DNA of 64,000 nucleotides, taken from the NCBI RefSeq assembly GCF_009914755.1, contig NC_060926.1; one strand, given 5' to 3'. Every line of letters starts with the position of its first letter. Positions within the stretch are counted from its first letter, which is position 1. Shown piece by piece: positions 1-16,209 of this stretch. Made by a program: the position numbers and the translations under genes. The notes beneath the pieces were generated by a model. That model saw only the letters and a list, made by a program, of their open reading frames with translations. It did no database searches and was not told where the DNA came from. The stretch comes from the human T2T-CHM13v2.0 reference genome, Homo sapiens.

Positions 1-107
1 TTCCTCACCTGCAATGATGTGGACATAGAAAAGGGCACCCAGTGAACTTGGGGATCTGGCTAGGGCGATTTCAAGGCGGATCTTTTGAAAGTGATATTTA
101 ATAATTA

Positions 108-449
<342 letters not shown>

Positions 450-730
450 TAGGAAGAGATAGAGATGAACTAAAGAAGGAACTATTTAGGTTTTGAGCAG
501 AATTTTGGAAATACAAGGAGCCCAGGACTGTTGTTCCAGCCAGTAAAAGGCTTTCAAAATAAGAAATGGTCTTAGAGCAAAGATAAAATTTAGGGCACTG
601 CCCGTAAATTGTGGCCTTGGGTAAATGTGAAATCAAGAATGTGGCTGTAAAACCCTTTATTAAAACCTCAGAAAAATTTAAGGGCATTATTTTTGTAGAC
701 CTTTTGGATAGACAAAAGGGCTTCCGAGAA

Positions 731-848
731 TATTTTTTTCCCCCTTGAGACAGGGTCTTGCAATGTTGTCCAGGCTGGCCTCCAACTCTTAGGTACAAAG
801 AGCCCTCTTGAGCAGCTGGGACCACAAGCACACACTGCCACGCCCAGT
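731..848 (-). mobile_element. Old Alu monomer fragment (FLAM/AluJ-like)
   Basis: GAGACAGGGTCTTG...CAGGCTGG...CCACGCCCAG. Confidence 0.7.
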
Positions 849-1100
849 AAAGAATCTTCAGAGTATACATCTTAGATCCTCTCTGCTAGACAATAGGACT
901 TCTAAGAATCCCACAGCAACCTCACAAGTGGCTTAAAGTAGAAGAAGGCCTACTAGGGGAGAAATGGGGGTATGGCTATTGTCTTAAGTAGTAAATTATC
1001 ATTTGATATTTAAGAAACCCACAAGTTTTTGAAAGAATTGTATCAAGTTGGGTGGGAAGGGACGGAGACAGTTCAAAATGCAGCAGACCCTGGTCATTAG

Positions 1101-1437
<337 letters not shown>

Positions 1438-2284
1438 TAATTGAGTGTGAAGCCAACAGCTAGGGACAGCCCCTCCCTGAGAGCAGGACCAGGTCTAATG
1501 AAGACACTGGTGACATGTGCCTGGCTTGCTTTCGGAATTGCACTGTGCTAGTTTCTTCTCCTTTTTGAATGAGAGTGTCTGTTGCCATTATCCTGTGTCC
1601 ACTTTGTTGCTGTACGTTGGCCATGGGGGAAGACAACTTGTCTCTTTAGCTCACAGATCTTCAGGGCAAAACGAACCCTCTCTAAAGAACCACACCTGAG
1701 GGGCCTTATTTGCACCTGGACCTGAGTTAGAGGTTGAGGTCCTGGATTTGGAGCCTGAACCTAAAGGCTTCATGGCTGATACCTTAATGGTCTTGGAAGG
1801 CGACTGTATTTTGCACGTGGGAGGTATGTGATTCATGGGAGGCAGAGGGCAGACATTGTGGCAGCTAGTCTTCCAAGATAGCACCCCCGTGTTCACACCC
1901 CTAGTATGCCCAACCTTGTGTATTCCCCTCTCTTAACTCTGGGTTGTCTCCGTGACTCGCTTTTGACCAACAGAAAGCAGTGACGGTGAGGCTGCATGAC
2001 TTCTGAGGATAGGCCATGGGAAGCCTTTTGCCTTTCAGCTGGGTCTGTTAGAAAGCTTGCTCTGGGGTAAGTCAGCTATCATCTTAGAAATTTGATTCCT
2101 CTGAGGCCATCATACTATAAGGAAGCCAAGATAGCCACATGGAAAGGCCACATGGAGAAAGCAATAGATTCAGCCAGATTCCACTTGTTCCAGCCATCCC
2201 AGCTGAGGATGAAAGAAGATAGGTGAAAGAAGATGCTGCCATCTTGGATGTGCAGTCCAGTTGAGCCAACGTTTGACTCTAGAC

Positions 2285-2826
<542 letters not shown>

Positions 2827-2950
2827 CTCTAGGTCCTGCTGCCATTTGACTGCGACTACATGAGAGACCTGTCCCCATAAGCGACCACTAAGTCCAGGTA
2901 ACCCTGAGAGCTAAAAATATTTTGTTTTTATTAAAAATAATTGTTTTTAA

Positions 2951-3181
<231 letters not shown>

Positions 3182-4003
3182 TAAAGTAAATTGTAAAAGA
3201 TCAAAGCTTAAAGTTACTTCTCTTGTAAGTTTTAAAAATTATTTTTTCTTAAAATCTTCAAAATTATCTATTAAAATTAAAAGGCAAACATAACTAATAG
3301 TATAACCGATCAACTTTATCTAATACATTCAACATTTAAATAAGATGTTTAAGTGAAGCTAAATTTTAAATATAAGTCTTGAAAATGTAATGAAGTCTTA
3401 CTAAACATTTTTACAAAAATAAACTCATTTACAATTGTAGCATTGTTCCATGTCTGTCTAGTTGCCAATGTAAAGCATCAGTGTCATGCTTCATGCATGT
3501 TATATCTTGACCTACATGTGTGCAAATGTAGGCGAATTATGAATTATTCATATTGGAAAATGCTCCTCAGCTGCCATGTGCAACTATAGCAAATATTGTG
3601 CTAATGTGTGAGTACCTCTGCAACCACAAAGAAAAGCAAGAAAGTGCATCTTGCCACCGCTGGGATCTGCCACTTCTCTTGCATTCTTGCTATGTGAGAG
3701 GAAGGATTTGATCAATGCCTTTTCTCTTACCTTAGTGTGCACACCATCCACTCCTCGCTACACTCCAGAGCCAGGGCAGTGTCTGTCTCTGGTGTGAACA
3801 GCAGCATAGCCCAGAAATTTTCACAGTATGTAGACACAGTCTTTTTTGATTCAAGGACATAACACAAAGGATGTGAGGCGTTTCCCTGGGGCCTGAATGG
3901 TGTTGCTCATGAGAGTGGATGTTTTGGGGTTAGAGATCACACTGTACTAGTGCTGAGTGCTGGATCTCGAGGGACAAGGGCAGAGATATCCATGTATTCT
4001 TTA

Positions 4004-4004
<1 letters not shown>

Positions 4005-4036
<32 letters not shown>
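4005..4036. repeat. (TG)16 microsatellite
   Basis: Direct read. Confidence 0.95.
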
Positions 4037-4039
<3 letters not shown>

Positions 4040-4219
4040 GGGCCTCTCTTGCCTATGTCTAAGGGCAGTACTGCTTCTAGCTGGCCTGTCCAGATCTGGC
4101 AGAGGTCTTTTATGTTTCTCTTCCAGAGAACTATGGGATTCTGACCCTTGGAAAACACATTTTCACTCTGACTCTGTTCTTTGGTTTGGAGCCTATTTCA
4201 TAGTTAGTTATTAGTCTGG

Positions 4220-4345
4220 TATGTTAGATGGGACATTTTCAGTTGCAAGTGACAGAAGACCAAATCAAACAGGCTTGAGCAGAAAGGACTATATTGGCTT
4301 CCACTGCTGAGAAGTCCTAGGGCGGAGATCCAGGGCTCAAACTTG
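4220..4345 (-). mobile_element. MLT1J/K/L LTR fragment
   Basis: TTCAGTTGCAAGTGACAGAA...CAAAC...GGCTT motif typical of old MLT1 3' ends. Confidence 0.55.
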
Positions 4346-5495
4346 TTTTCAGGGGTGGGAGCTGGGGAGCCCTGGGATTAACAGATGGCCCCACCAGGAC
4401 TCCTGCAGTGGGGGGCAGTGGTGATGTGTGTGGTTCCCTCATGGACCGGGGACAGCCAGACAAGAATGTGTCCTCCAGACCTGGTTATCACCTTTTCTGA
4501 AATGTAGTTCTTGAGTCTATTGTGCCGGGTGCCTGTGCCAGATTTCTCAAGCAGCTCAGGTGCTGGGCACGATCTTCCTGAAGCATCTGCAGCCTGGAGC
4601 CATTCCCCCCGGCCCCCACTCATGTTTCAAAGCTCTCAAACCCTCTCTGCGCCCCCAGCGTTGAGTGTGACATCTCACCAGTAAAGCCTGGTGAGGACAG
4701 AAGGCTTTCTGGGCATAGAAGACCATTTCCTTGGGTCTATTTAAACCCTCAAGGACCCCCCTAGGGATGGCTCCCCTGGAATATTACCACTGCAATAGTG
4801 CAAAGTAAAAATGCCTGTACAATAAAAACCAAAGAAACCATCTCTGCCAAGCAACTGGGAGTGTCATCTTTCTCCCATGGAGCTCTGCTGCCAGGCTCAC
4901 AGTGGTGGAGACCCCCGAGTCCAGCCTCTCATAGACATTTCACTTCACACAGCAGCTCCTCCATGTGGAATCCCTGGAAGCTGGGCATGCAGGACAGATT
5001 ACCCTCCGCAAGGCCCCCCAGAGTCCCCTCCTGGGTGCTCCCCTCCCCCCACTCACTTTCCACGGACCCTCCTAGCTGAAGATGGCCGCTGCCCCTTGCA
5101 GCCCAGAGTCCTCCCGTGTTTCCCAATCTACCCTCCCAAGGCTTCTTAGAGTCAGCTGGAAACCAACCCTGGGAGAAAAGAGAGGAGGGGCTGGGAAGGC
5201 TGCTGGCTGCAGGTCCTGGAGGCCTTGCTGTCTGTCAGCATGAGGCTGGCCTTGACCTAGTGTCCTTGGAGCCTAGAGATGTGTATGGGTCACACCTGGG
5301 GCCATGATATACCTGGTGGGCTGGGGCCTTTCCTATGAGGCTCAACCTCCTCTGTCTCTCCCTCTCTCCCTTTCCCTCCATGTGTCTTTCCCCTTCTCTC
5401 CCTCCTGTGCTCTCTTTCTCCCCAGCCTAAATGAGGTCCGTTAGACAAACCTTGACACACCAGACTCTGAACACCATAAGTCTGATCATGTTCCC

Positions 5496-5772
5496 TTTTT
5501 TTTTTTTTTTTCAAGATAGGTTCTTGCTCTGTCACCCAGGCTGGAGTGCAGTGGTGTGATCATAGCTCACTGCAGCCTTGAACTTGCTGGCTCAAGCAAT
5601 CCTCCAGCCTTGACCTCCTAAGTAGCTGGGACTACAGGCACACACCACCATGCCTGGCTAATTTCTTATTTTTTTGTAGCAATGGGGGTCTTGAACTCCT
5701 GGCCTCAAGTGATCCTCATACCTCGGCCTCCCAAAGTGCTAGGATTATAGATGTGAGCCACCGCACCTGGCC
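5496..5772 (-). mobile_element. AluJ
   Basis: Antisense Alu with J-type sequence, polyT, ATCATGTT flanks. Confidence 0.9.
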
Positions 5773-5941
5773 TCAATCATGTTTTTAAGAATGTTTGTTG
5801 ACATGAAACTACCCGTGATATATTGTAGAGAGAGGAGAGCAGCTCACCAGACATTAGAGACAGGGCGAGCTCAGTTTTCTAACTAGCTCTTGCCCCTGCT
5901 CCCCAAAAAAAGACAATGTAAATCATACAACACAGATTCAT

Positions 5942-5944
<3 letters not shown>

Positions 5945-5973
<29 letters not shown>
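5945..5973. repeat. (AT)n microsatellite
   Basis: Direct read. Confidence 0.9.
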
Positions 5974-5975
<2 letters not shown>

Positions 5976-6477
5976 ACATGTATAATAGTGTCCTCTTCCT
6001 TTCAATTTTGCCCTTTGGGGTCTAGGCCCAAGTCCCTGGGTCAAAGCCCTCTGAAGACTCAAGGATGGCAGATCCAGCCCAAAGCAGAAATACATTTCAA
6101 AGGCTGGCCTGTTCCTCCTCCTCGCCCACTATGGCGTTTGTCACTTCCTCCCCTGGGAGTATCTGGGGCCCCAGCCTTGGGAAAAGATGAAGCCAGAATT
6201 GTTGGATCAAAGTCCCAGCACATAATAAAGGCATCTCCCAGCCCCACCTAAGGACATGATCATGTGTGTTTGCTCACACAAACAGCCGTGGGCTGGCCCA
6301 CCAGAAACCATCTCTTGTTACAAAGCCAGAATCTTTTCCATCTGTGTTTAAGCTGCAGCCCATGAAATAATGTCCATAAAAGTAAGATTGGAAGTGAAAA
6401 TAGTGAACGCAATAAATTATGGCTACACTGTGTTCTCTCCGGAGGGACGCCCTGGCAAAAGAGCCTTCAATATTTCT

Positions 6478-6657
6478 TTTTTCTTTTTTTTTCCTCTTTT
6501 TTTTTTAAATTATACTTTAAGTTTTAGGGTACATGTGTACAACGTGTAGGTTTGTTACATATGTATACATGTGCCATGTTGGTGTGCTGCACCCATTAAC
6601 TCATCGTTTACATTAGGTATATCTCCTAATGCTATCCCTCCCCGCTCCCCCCACCCA
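6478..6657 (-). mobile_element. 5'-truncated primate L1PA 3' end
   Basis: TTATACTTTAAGTTTTAGGGTACATGTG...GCACCCATTAACTC...; polyT tail; 16-bp TSD AGCCTTCAATATTTCT at 6462-6477 and 6658-6673. Confidence 0.92.
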
Positions 6658-7894
6658 AGCCTTCAATATTTCTATCTAGCACTGTGTTGTGTGTTTCCTC
6701 AGAAAGCATTCCATTTGTGGATGGGAAGAAAGGGCCTAGACGGCTGAGGTTGATCCAGTAGAGCTGTGGTGCTTGGCTGGCTGTCCATGCCTGGCATCTT
6801 AATGTCTTTTCCAAAGCAGAGTTGTTCAACTGCAAAGTGTAGCCAGGGGGAGATTGTCTAGGGGAAGATTTGTTGGCCAGTTTCCATTACTACCACCATC
6901 TTCCTTCTTGCAGTTCAACCCCACCGCCACATCCCACCACGACCACAGGCATGGATCCAGACACCACCACCAACATCCTCTGCTGATTCCACGTACCTAC
7001 CATTGCCCAGGCCGTGAAGAAGCGTTTGGGAGGAAGGGAAACCTGAAAGAGTCACAGGACCACAGACCTGAGGGTTTAGAATCTCAAGGGGGGTATAGGC
7101 CAGATAAACAAATAAATACAGATAACTTAGAACAAGAAGGAAAGTCATCAGTTAGGTACTGAAAAGTTCTCCCCAAGTTCAAAAGAGGGAGGATGAGTCT
7201 TGCTGGAGAAAGTGGCTTTTGAATGGAACTTGGAAGGGTGGCTTGGATCTGGACCTGGAGGAAGAAAAGGCCTTCTCAGAAAAGGGATTGATTAAGGGAA
7301 AGCATGAAATTGTAACACATGGGTGAGGATGGAATTCATGGAATTCCTGCACCCTCAGGTACATGAGGAGCAGTGAGGGAAATCAGGCTGGAGGATGGGT
7401 GGGATGGGCTGGGGAATGTAATGGGTAAAAGAAAGAGCCATTCAGTCTAGGGATTTGGGTCTTTCATGGGGGAAAGGGGAGGATCAGCTGACAGTTACTG
7501 AGCTGAAAGTGGACAGAGCTGGTTCAGGAGCTAATCATTGTAGTGGGATCTTGGGGCCAGGGAACATTCCCCTTTCTACACTCTCTTCCCTAAAAAGATT
7601 GGTTCAAAAATCCCACAGAACTCTTGAGTGTTAGCCATTTGCTTTAAATCCTACCATGTCATACCTTGTCCTTTAGGATTATGCATTTGTGATAGAGGAG
7701 GGCATGGGAGAATGAAACACGTGTGGCCGTTTCTCTATTACTCAGACCTCAGGGCAAACAAGTACATCGGAACTTTTCTGAAGGGTGGGCTTTGCTTGGG
7801 AGAGGTGGAGTGTGAGGGTGCCAGGGCACTTGTTGGGTTGGCGGGCACCCCAGGAAAAAAATGTAGCAAGGACACAATTGTGGGCATGCCCCAC

Positions 7895-8090
7895 TTTTTT
7901 TTTGAGATAGGGTCTCGCTGTCACCCAGGCTGGAGTGCAGTGCTCTCAGTGTCACCCAGGCTGTGCAGTGTCACCCAGGCTGGAGTGCAGTGCATGGCTC
8001 ACTGCAGCCTCCACCTCCTGGGCTCAAGCGATCCTCCCACCTCGGCCTCTGAAAGTGCTGGGATTATAGGAGTGAGCCACCGCACCCGGC
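7895..8090 (-). mobile_element. FRAM-like Alu monomer with internal tandem triplication
   Basis: GTCACCCAGGCTG(GAG)TGCAGTG occurs three times. Confidence 0.85.
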
Positions 8091-8699
8091 CTGCTTTGCC
8101 CTTCTTTGAGAGATCAGCTGGATGTGGCTCTGAAGTGTTCAACTCAGAGGAGAGAACTCCAGGACTCAGGGCAAAGGCATCTTCAGGAGCTGATGGGAAG
8201 CCCAGGCCCCCTCGTGCCTGAATGGGTGGACAGGGCTGGAACCACCTTTCATGGCTTTTGTCCTGGGTGCTGAGGGTGATGCTGTGCTCACCCCACTTTC
8301 CTATGATTCTGATGGGAACCCCTGGGCTGCATCAAAGAGGCATTTCCAAGTTCTTTGCAAAACTTTTCTTGACTTTATTTGACAGCCCAGCCCCCAGTGC
8401 AGTGACATTTCCTCTTCTTTCTCTCTGGGCCGGGTGAATGTGAGTTCTCTGTAGTGGGGGAGAAACGGACCAGTTGTCCCATCGGGGCTTAGCATCGACT
8501 CTCTTTCTCTGGCAGATGTTTAGGATTTAGAACTTGGATCTCTCCCTTCACCCCACCGAGCACAGAGCGTGAGTCCAAGGAGTTGGGAGCTCTGGGAGAA
8601 AAGGGGCTTGTGACCCTGGCCTGCCTTGTTATTCTCTGAGGACAGGCGGGAAGGGCTCTTCTAGTCCATGCTGGCGGCCAGGCCAGCATTTGTGGTAGG

Positions 8700-8870
8700 C
8701 GGTGTTTATGTGAATGCACAAATGTTTATGTGAGATTGCCAACCGGTTATTTATGAGTCTCTCAGCCCTTCCCCAATAAAAGCTGTTTCCTCAATGTTCT
8801 GACAGGCCCTGCATCTGTAACTAATGTGTCACTCGCTCAGCTAATGCAGTTCACTTGTGTTTATTTTTGC
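8700..8870. promoter_or_regulatory. Candidate enhancer (FOX/GRHL/CDX-HOX13 motifs)
   Basis: TGTTTAT x3, AACCGGTT at 8741-8748, TTTATGAG, CCAATAAAA at 8773-8781 in unique sequence. Confidence 0.45.
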
Positions 8871-9734
8871 ACAAAAGCAATTTATCCAGTGTGCTGAAAA
8901 ACAAAACAAAACAAACAAAAAAAAAAACCAGCCCTGTCAGGGGCCTTCTCTTTGGGGCAGGGTGTTTTTCCTCAAAAGAAGCTCCAAACAGCTCACGGAA
9001 CAGGGCAGGCTTTTGGGATGTGTGCCTGCCTGTGCTTCTGGCATGGGTCCCTTTGTTCGGAGTGTGAGAGCGTGTGTTGAGGGGGTGTCTGGCAGCGTGT
9101 CTGCTGTTGTCTCTGAGTGTGTGGATGTGTGTCTTTGGGTGTCCATCAGTCTTTCCTAGCCCGTGTGGCTTTGAGTGTTTGCCTCTGAATGTAAGAATCC
9201 ACCGGGGTGTGTGTGGCTCATATTTTAAGAGGTTGTTGAAAGCGGGGCTAGATCTAACTTTGCAGTCCCTCTGGTTGAGATAAATCAAAGTTGGGAGAGG
9301 GGGTTGTCAGCAGGAAAGGGTCTGGAAGAGGGATCCAGGGAGGAGGAGGGCGAGCGTAAAGGTGAAAAGGAAGGATGCTTGACTTCAGGGCCAAAGGAGC
9401 ATCAGCTCTGGTGGCCAAGTATGAGAACTATAAAACTGGAGGCAGATTGTCTACATCCCAGGCCCTCCCCACATTGGTGAATTTTCTCCTTCTCACTCGT
9501 TTTCCTTTTCCAGCATTGGCAGTGGATCTTTGTTGTGCACAGGATGGACTGTGGCTTGTTTGGGCAGTGAGAAAGGAGGCAGCCTGAGAAGTCATCTTCC
9601 CCTGCAGACCCGGGTTTCAGGGAAAAGGAACCAAGAAGTGGGGTGAGGTGGGGAGATGGCAGCAATGTCGGGGGGATCAGGAGTCAGGCTGGGTGCTTGG
9701 GGTCAGCCAGAAGGAAAAGAAGGCACCCACTTAA

Positions 9735-10187
<453 letters not shown>

Positions 10188-11519
10188 GGCAGATGTCTTT
10201 CTTGTCACACCTAAATGGCCCAGCAGGAGTAATGGCATCTTAGGACAGTGGTTCCCAGCCACATGCCTGAGGGAACTTGGCACTTATTCACTGAGACGTG
10301 GCGTCATCTCACAGCCCAGACCAAATCATGGCTGCCTTGTCCCAGTTTGCAGGAAAATATTAAGCTTACTCAATCTTGAGTTTTTCTCCAGTAAGATTTC
10401 ATTAAATCTTTGGTGGCTGCCAAATGATAAGTATGTCGATATTTGTGTACACATATAGAAACAGACAATTGTGTTTTATCCGAAAGGTTTTTTTCATGGA
10501 CCTGGGCTGTTGCAACAGTGATTTTGTCAGACATCCATAGCCTGGCTATGAGGCTGAGAGGCTGAGGAGGGCCATCCATCTGGCTCTTGGTTTCTCTGAC
10601 CAGGTGACATTCATGGTTAACTTCCTGTCTCCCTGTGACCGAGTGAATTGGACTTAGGGGACTGTTGATTTGCTGGCTTGGGTGTGTGTATTTGGGGCCG
10701 GGGGAGCTGAAGGATGTCAATCAGTTCTGTGCTCTGGTTTCCAGATACGGACATTCAAGCTGGGCAGTGGCGGGAGGCCTCTGAAAAGTCAGGATTTGTC
10801 CTCTTGATCTAACCATCAATGCCTGGTCCGTAAGACAGGCCTCACTGCCCCTGCCTTCAGGGCCCCAGGGGTGTGTGTTTCCTTGGCCCCCACCTCCAGA
10901 ACCCTCCCTTCCTTCTGCTTCCAGTTTCTTCCTTCTTTCCTGGCACCCTGGGATTTTAAACTCTTCCTTGCAATTGAAGTTGTCCTCAGGCCGGTGGCCT
11001 TCCCTGCAGTGAGTGAGCCTCGCAGCCGCTTCTGTCTTGGAAATCTTTGGGACAGGCTCAGGCCCTGGTGCGGGTTGGGAGGCCCAGACATTTAGAAAGC
11101 TCAGTGTCTGTGGGTGGGGGAAGAAGGACTGATGGGGGGTGACCATGTGCTCTGAGAAACAGCTTACTTTAGAATCTAAAGAGAAACAAGTTGAGCCCTC
11201 ACACTGCAAGGACTGAATCCCACACAACCCTCACCGGGCTCAGCTATCACCTCCACATCTTCATCAGCGCAGCTTTCGGGTGATTCTGCTGACCCGGCCT
11301 CTCCTGCCTACCTGACAGTAAGTCCCAGCACGTGGCCATCTGCTCCTGCCACAGCCTTGGTTTGCTGCCACACTCAAGCCCTCTTTCCTAATTCTTGGGC
11401 CCTCACCTCCCACCTCGTCTACTGTAGGCTGGGAAAGGGTGGTGCTGCTGAACATACAGAGCATGGAACCGTATTTTCCACTAGCAAAACTGTTCCTCAG
11501 GTTCCAAAATGAGGATTCA

Positions 11520-11825
<306 letters not shown>

Positions 11826-11831
11826 TGAAGA

Positions 11832-12120
11832 CTCACAAACTTCAGTGCCTACAGGGACCAGGGTGGCAGTTTAGTAAGAGAGGCAGGACTGAGGAAAGAC
11901 ACCAAATGGCACTGAGTCCCAGGGCAGGGAGTCCTGGGGAGGGTCTCCCTTCATCGCTGGAAGGGAGGTGCAGTGGGAGAATGCCAGCTGGTGAAGTCAG
12001 TTTGTCTGTTTTCAAATTATGTGAACCCTCCTAATGTTACATGTTGGCAGCAAATTCCAATTTCAAGCATGGCATGGGCCAAGCAAAACATGTCTGTTGG
12101 CTAGCTGTGGCTAGCTTGTC
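11832..12120 (-). mobile_element. MER102-like hAT-Charlie element
   Basis: AAACTTCAGTGCCTACAGGGACCAGG and GGCCAAGCAAAACATGTCTG termini resemble MER102. Confidence 0.5.
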
Positions 12121-12162
12121 CCTCTGCTGCTGGGAGTGGTGATATAGCTGTCATTCTTTCCC

Positions 12163-12457
12163 CTTTTTTTTCTTTTTTTTTTTTGAGAGAGGGTCCTGCT
12201 CTGTCACCCAGCCTAGAGTGCAGTGATGCGATTATAGGCTTAACCTCCTGGGCTCATGTGATCCTCCCCACTCAGCCTCCTTGAGTAGCTGGGACTTCAG
12301 GCGCATACCACCACATCTGGCTAATTATTTTATTTTTTGTAGAGATAGGGTTTCACCATGTTGCACAGGCTGGTCTCTAACTCCTGGGCTCAAGCGATCC
12401 TCCTGCCTTGGCCTCCCAAAGCGTTGGGATTATAGGCGTGAGCCACCACTGCTGGTC
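12163..12457 (-). mobile_element. AluJ
   Basis: Antisense dimeric Alu. Confidence 0.9.
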
Positions 12458-13289
12458 GAGCTGTTATACTTGATATTTGGAGATGTGTATTATGACCTCC
12501 GGCGCCCTCAGCCCTGAACTGACTTTGGAATCCACGTGTCAGGTGCTGTGAGGACTCACACCCTATGGTGAAAGGTTGAAAAATGTTTTCATTTCCTAAG
12601 GAACCAGATGTCTAGCCTCAACTGTCCTGCTTTTTCTCCAGGGAGGGACACAGACCCCAGTGTTTTCACTGGGCGTGTCCTATCAAGGCCCTTGTGAGCT
12701 TGGCCTCTGGGATGTAGGGGCAGGGAAGGGAGGCAGTGGGCAGCCCAGCCTGGATGCCTTCTCTCAGGCGGGTGATGGGATTGAATGTGTGGATGAAGGA
12801 GAGGGAGTGTCAAGGGTGGCTTCAGGGGTTCTGGTATGAACCAGTGGAGGGCTGGGGTGCCTCTCCCAGTGAGAGGGAATACTGGAAAGTCATTGGGTTT
12901 GGTGGGGGATGATCTTGAAGTCCCCAGTTTTGCATCATTTTCCCAGGTTGGGTGGAGGGGGAAGCGCAGCCTTTGGCCTGAGACTCGGCATTGCGACTGT
13001 GGCTTCAGCTTCTCTCCAATGTCTAGCTTCCAGGTGGAGGGGGGTGCAGGGCCTGCTCCCCTAGCTGTGCCCCAGAAGGTGTTCTAAGGCTCAGTCTGGC
13101 TCTGCAAGGCCAGCCTGGCAGTGATCACCAGGCCCAGGTCACGTAGGTCCCAGGGTCACTGGGGCTCCCAGTGGCATGGAAGGACAGTTCCAGCTCTGCC
13201 CCTGATTAACATGCGACAAAACAAAAATCAAAAAACAACCAACCAAACAAGACAAAGCCAAAATAATTAAAAACAAAATAAATAAAAAG

Positions 13290-13700
13290 CAGGCACAGCA
13301 AAACATGTAGTGATCTAATGAACACCCATGAAACCACAAATTAGTTTCAGAAACAAAACCAACAAATCCAGGTGGAACCCCTGGGTGCAGCTCCCTAATA
13401 CACCTCCCTTCCACTGTGCACCCTGCACTCCAAAGAAGGAACCACTATCCTATATTTGGTATTTCTTATGAATTTCTTTAATTTTTTTAACCACATATGC
13501 AAGTTTTCTTGAAGTATTTACAGGGCTGTTTTCTATGCTTTGAAACTGTATAAATAGTGGCGTTCTAGTATGTATTCTTCTGCAATTAGCTTTTTTTTTC
13601 TTTCGACATGTTGGCGAGATCCATGTGTGTTGACGTGTGTAAGTCTGGCTCACTTATTTTCAACGTTGCGTAGAATTCCACCGCATGAACATAACCTTTC
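13290..13700 (-). mobile_element. Old L1M (L1ME-type) 3' fragment
   Basis: AATGAACACCCATG...ACCACTATCCT...GTATTCTTCTGCAA...GAGATCCATG typical of antisense L1ME 3' UTR. Confidence 0.6.
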
Positions 13701-14364
13701 TCCAAGGAGAGCTCCTCGTGGCCCACCAGAGAGTGGCTCAGGTCACTGGGCGCATTCCCTTCTGCGGAGACAGCTCCAGTTGTGTGGATGAGCCCCGGTC
13801 CTCCTCCCTCATCCCCTTTGGGATGCCAGGGCCCTTCCCACCCTCCCAGGACCGTTGCTTCACTGAGGAGGAATTCAGGTGGATTTCAGGCAACCTTGTG
13901 TTTCCCATAAATCAAAATTGAAAGTGAATCCTTAGCACAAGGGACTGCAATTGCACCCAGCTGAGTGAGGACAGGCAGGCTAATTTGAACCTGGCCTGGG
14001 TGGAAGGCTTTGTGAGCTGGGAATGGACACAGGTCTCTGAGGAAGAGGCACTGCTCAGCCCATCTCTAGCACAAAGCGGGGACACTCTGCCCAGCTCCAG
14101 CCCCTGGCCCAGCCCCTGCACTGATCCGGGCTCAAGGGGTCCCCCTTACTCTCTGCTCTGAGCCCCTTGCTCATCCAGTGGCCTCCAGGATGAGTTTGCC
14201 ACATGGATGTAAGGTGGTTGTTGTAGCAGCTTTGAGAAGGGAAGAGTGAGGTTCTGGGAGTTGCTGGGGGCAATCTTGAGGGGCTTCGGTTTTAGAAGCC
14301 TGAGAAGGAGAGAGGCAGTGAGCTCCCATACCAGGGCAGCCCAGCCCTTGATACCCATAACACC

Positions 14365-14637
14365 CATAGCTCCCAGGGCACACTGTGACTTTCCTGGCCC
14401 CAAGCGCTTCTGCCCCTGTCCCCCTATCCATGAAAAACATGAAAAATTATACTTCATGACTGTGTTGGCATAAAGGTGAGTATAAGCCAGGCTGGATTCT
14501 TTATTATATATTCCTTATTATTGTAATATTCTTTTTTTCTTCTGATTTTAAAAGAAATGAAAATATTGTCATGGGCCCCTGAAAGACTCATGGACTTGGG
14601 TGCTGTACCTGCTAGGCCAGTGGAGAAGTCAGCCCTG
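14365..14637. mobile_element. MER96B-like hAT element
   Basis: GACTGTGTTGGCATAAAG...CCAGGCTGGATT...TTCTGATTTTAAAAGAAA...GGGCCCC...AGTCAGCCCTG. Confidence 0.6.
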
Positions 14638-15017
14638 ACAGTGCCTGCCGAGCCCCTAACACCCTCCCTTTATGGAAACTCTGACCCCTCTCTGCTCTGA
14701 GATGTCTTCCCTGTTTGAATGGAGGGGAGGGAGGACATGGCTTCCCTTAGCCCCAGCCTCTCCAGGGCTCTCTTACCTGTTGGGGGGGCTTGGATGGTTC
14801 ATGCAGAGGGCTTGGTGTGCATGGCCTGCCTGGCGGAGGCAGAGGGCAGCTGGCATTTCTCCACACGGCCCATCTGCGAGCTGAATAGCTCCTTCATGGG
14901 GCTTTGTCTGGTGTTGGGTGGGGGGTGCAGCATTGCCCAGGAGGGATCTGGGTCAGGGGTGTTGGGGGACTGTGGCCTGGGGGTGCTGAACCCTGCCCTA
15001 GTGCTCACCGGAATTGA

Positions 15018-15415
<398 letters not shown>

Positions 15416-15500
15416 GACACTGAGTTTTATTTTGAGGGAGGCAAGGCCTGTCCTGGCTATGGGGGCATTAGACCAGGACAGTAGCTGGCTGGGGAAGGGC

Positions 15501-16209
<709 letters not shown>

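Noticed and set aside
7628-8221. 197-aa ORF, the longest in the window
   Set aside because: Non-ATG start, crosses an Alu monomer, no recognisable domain
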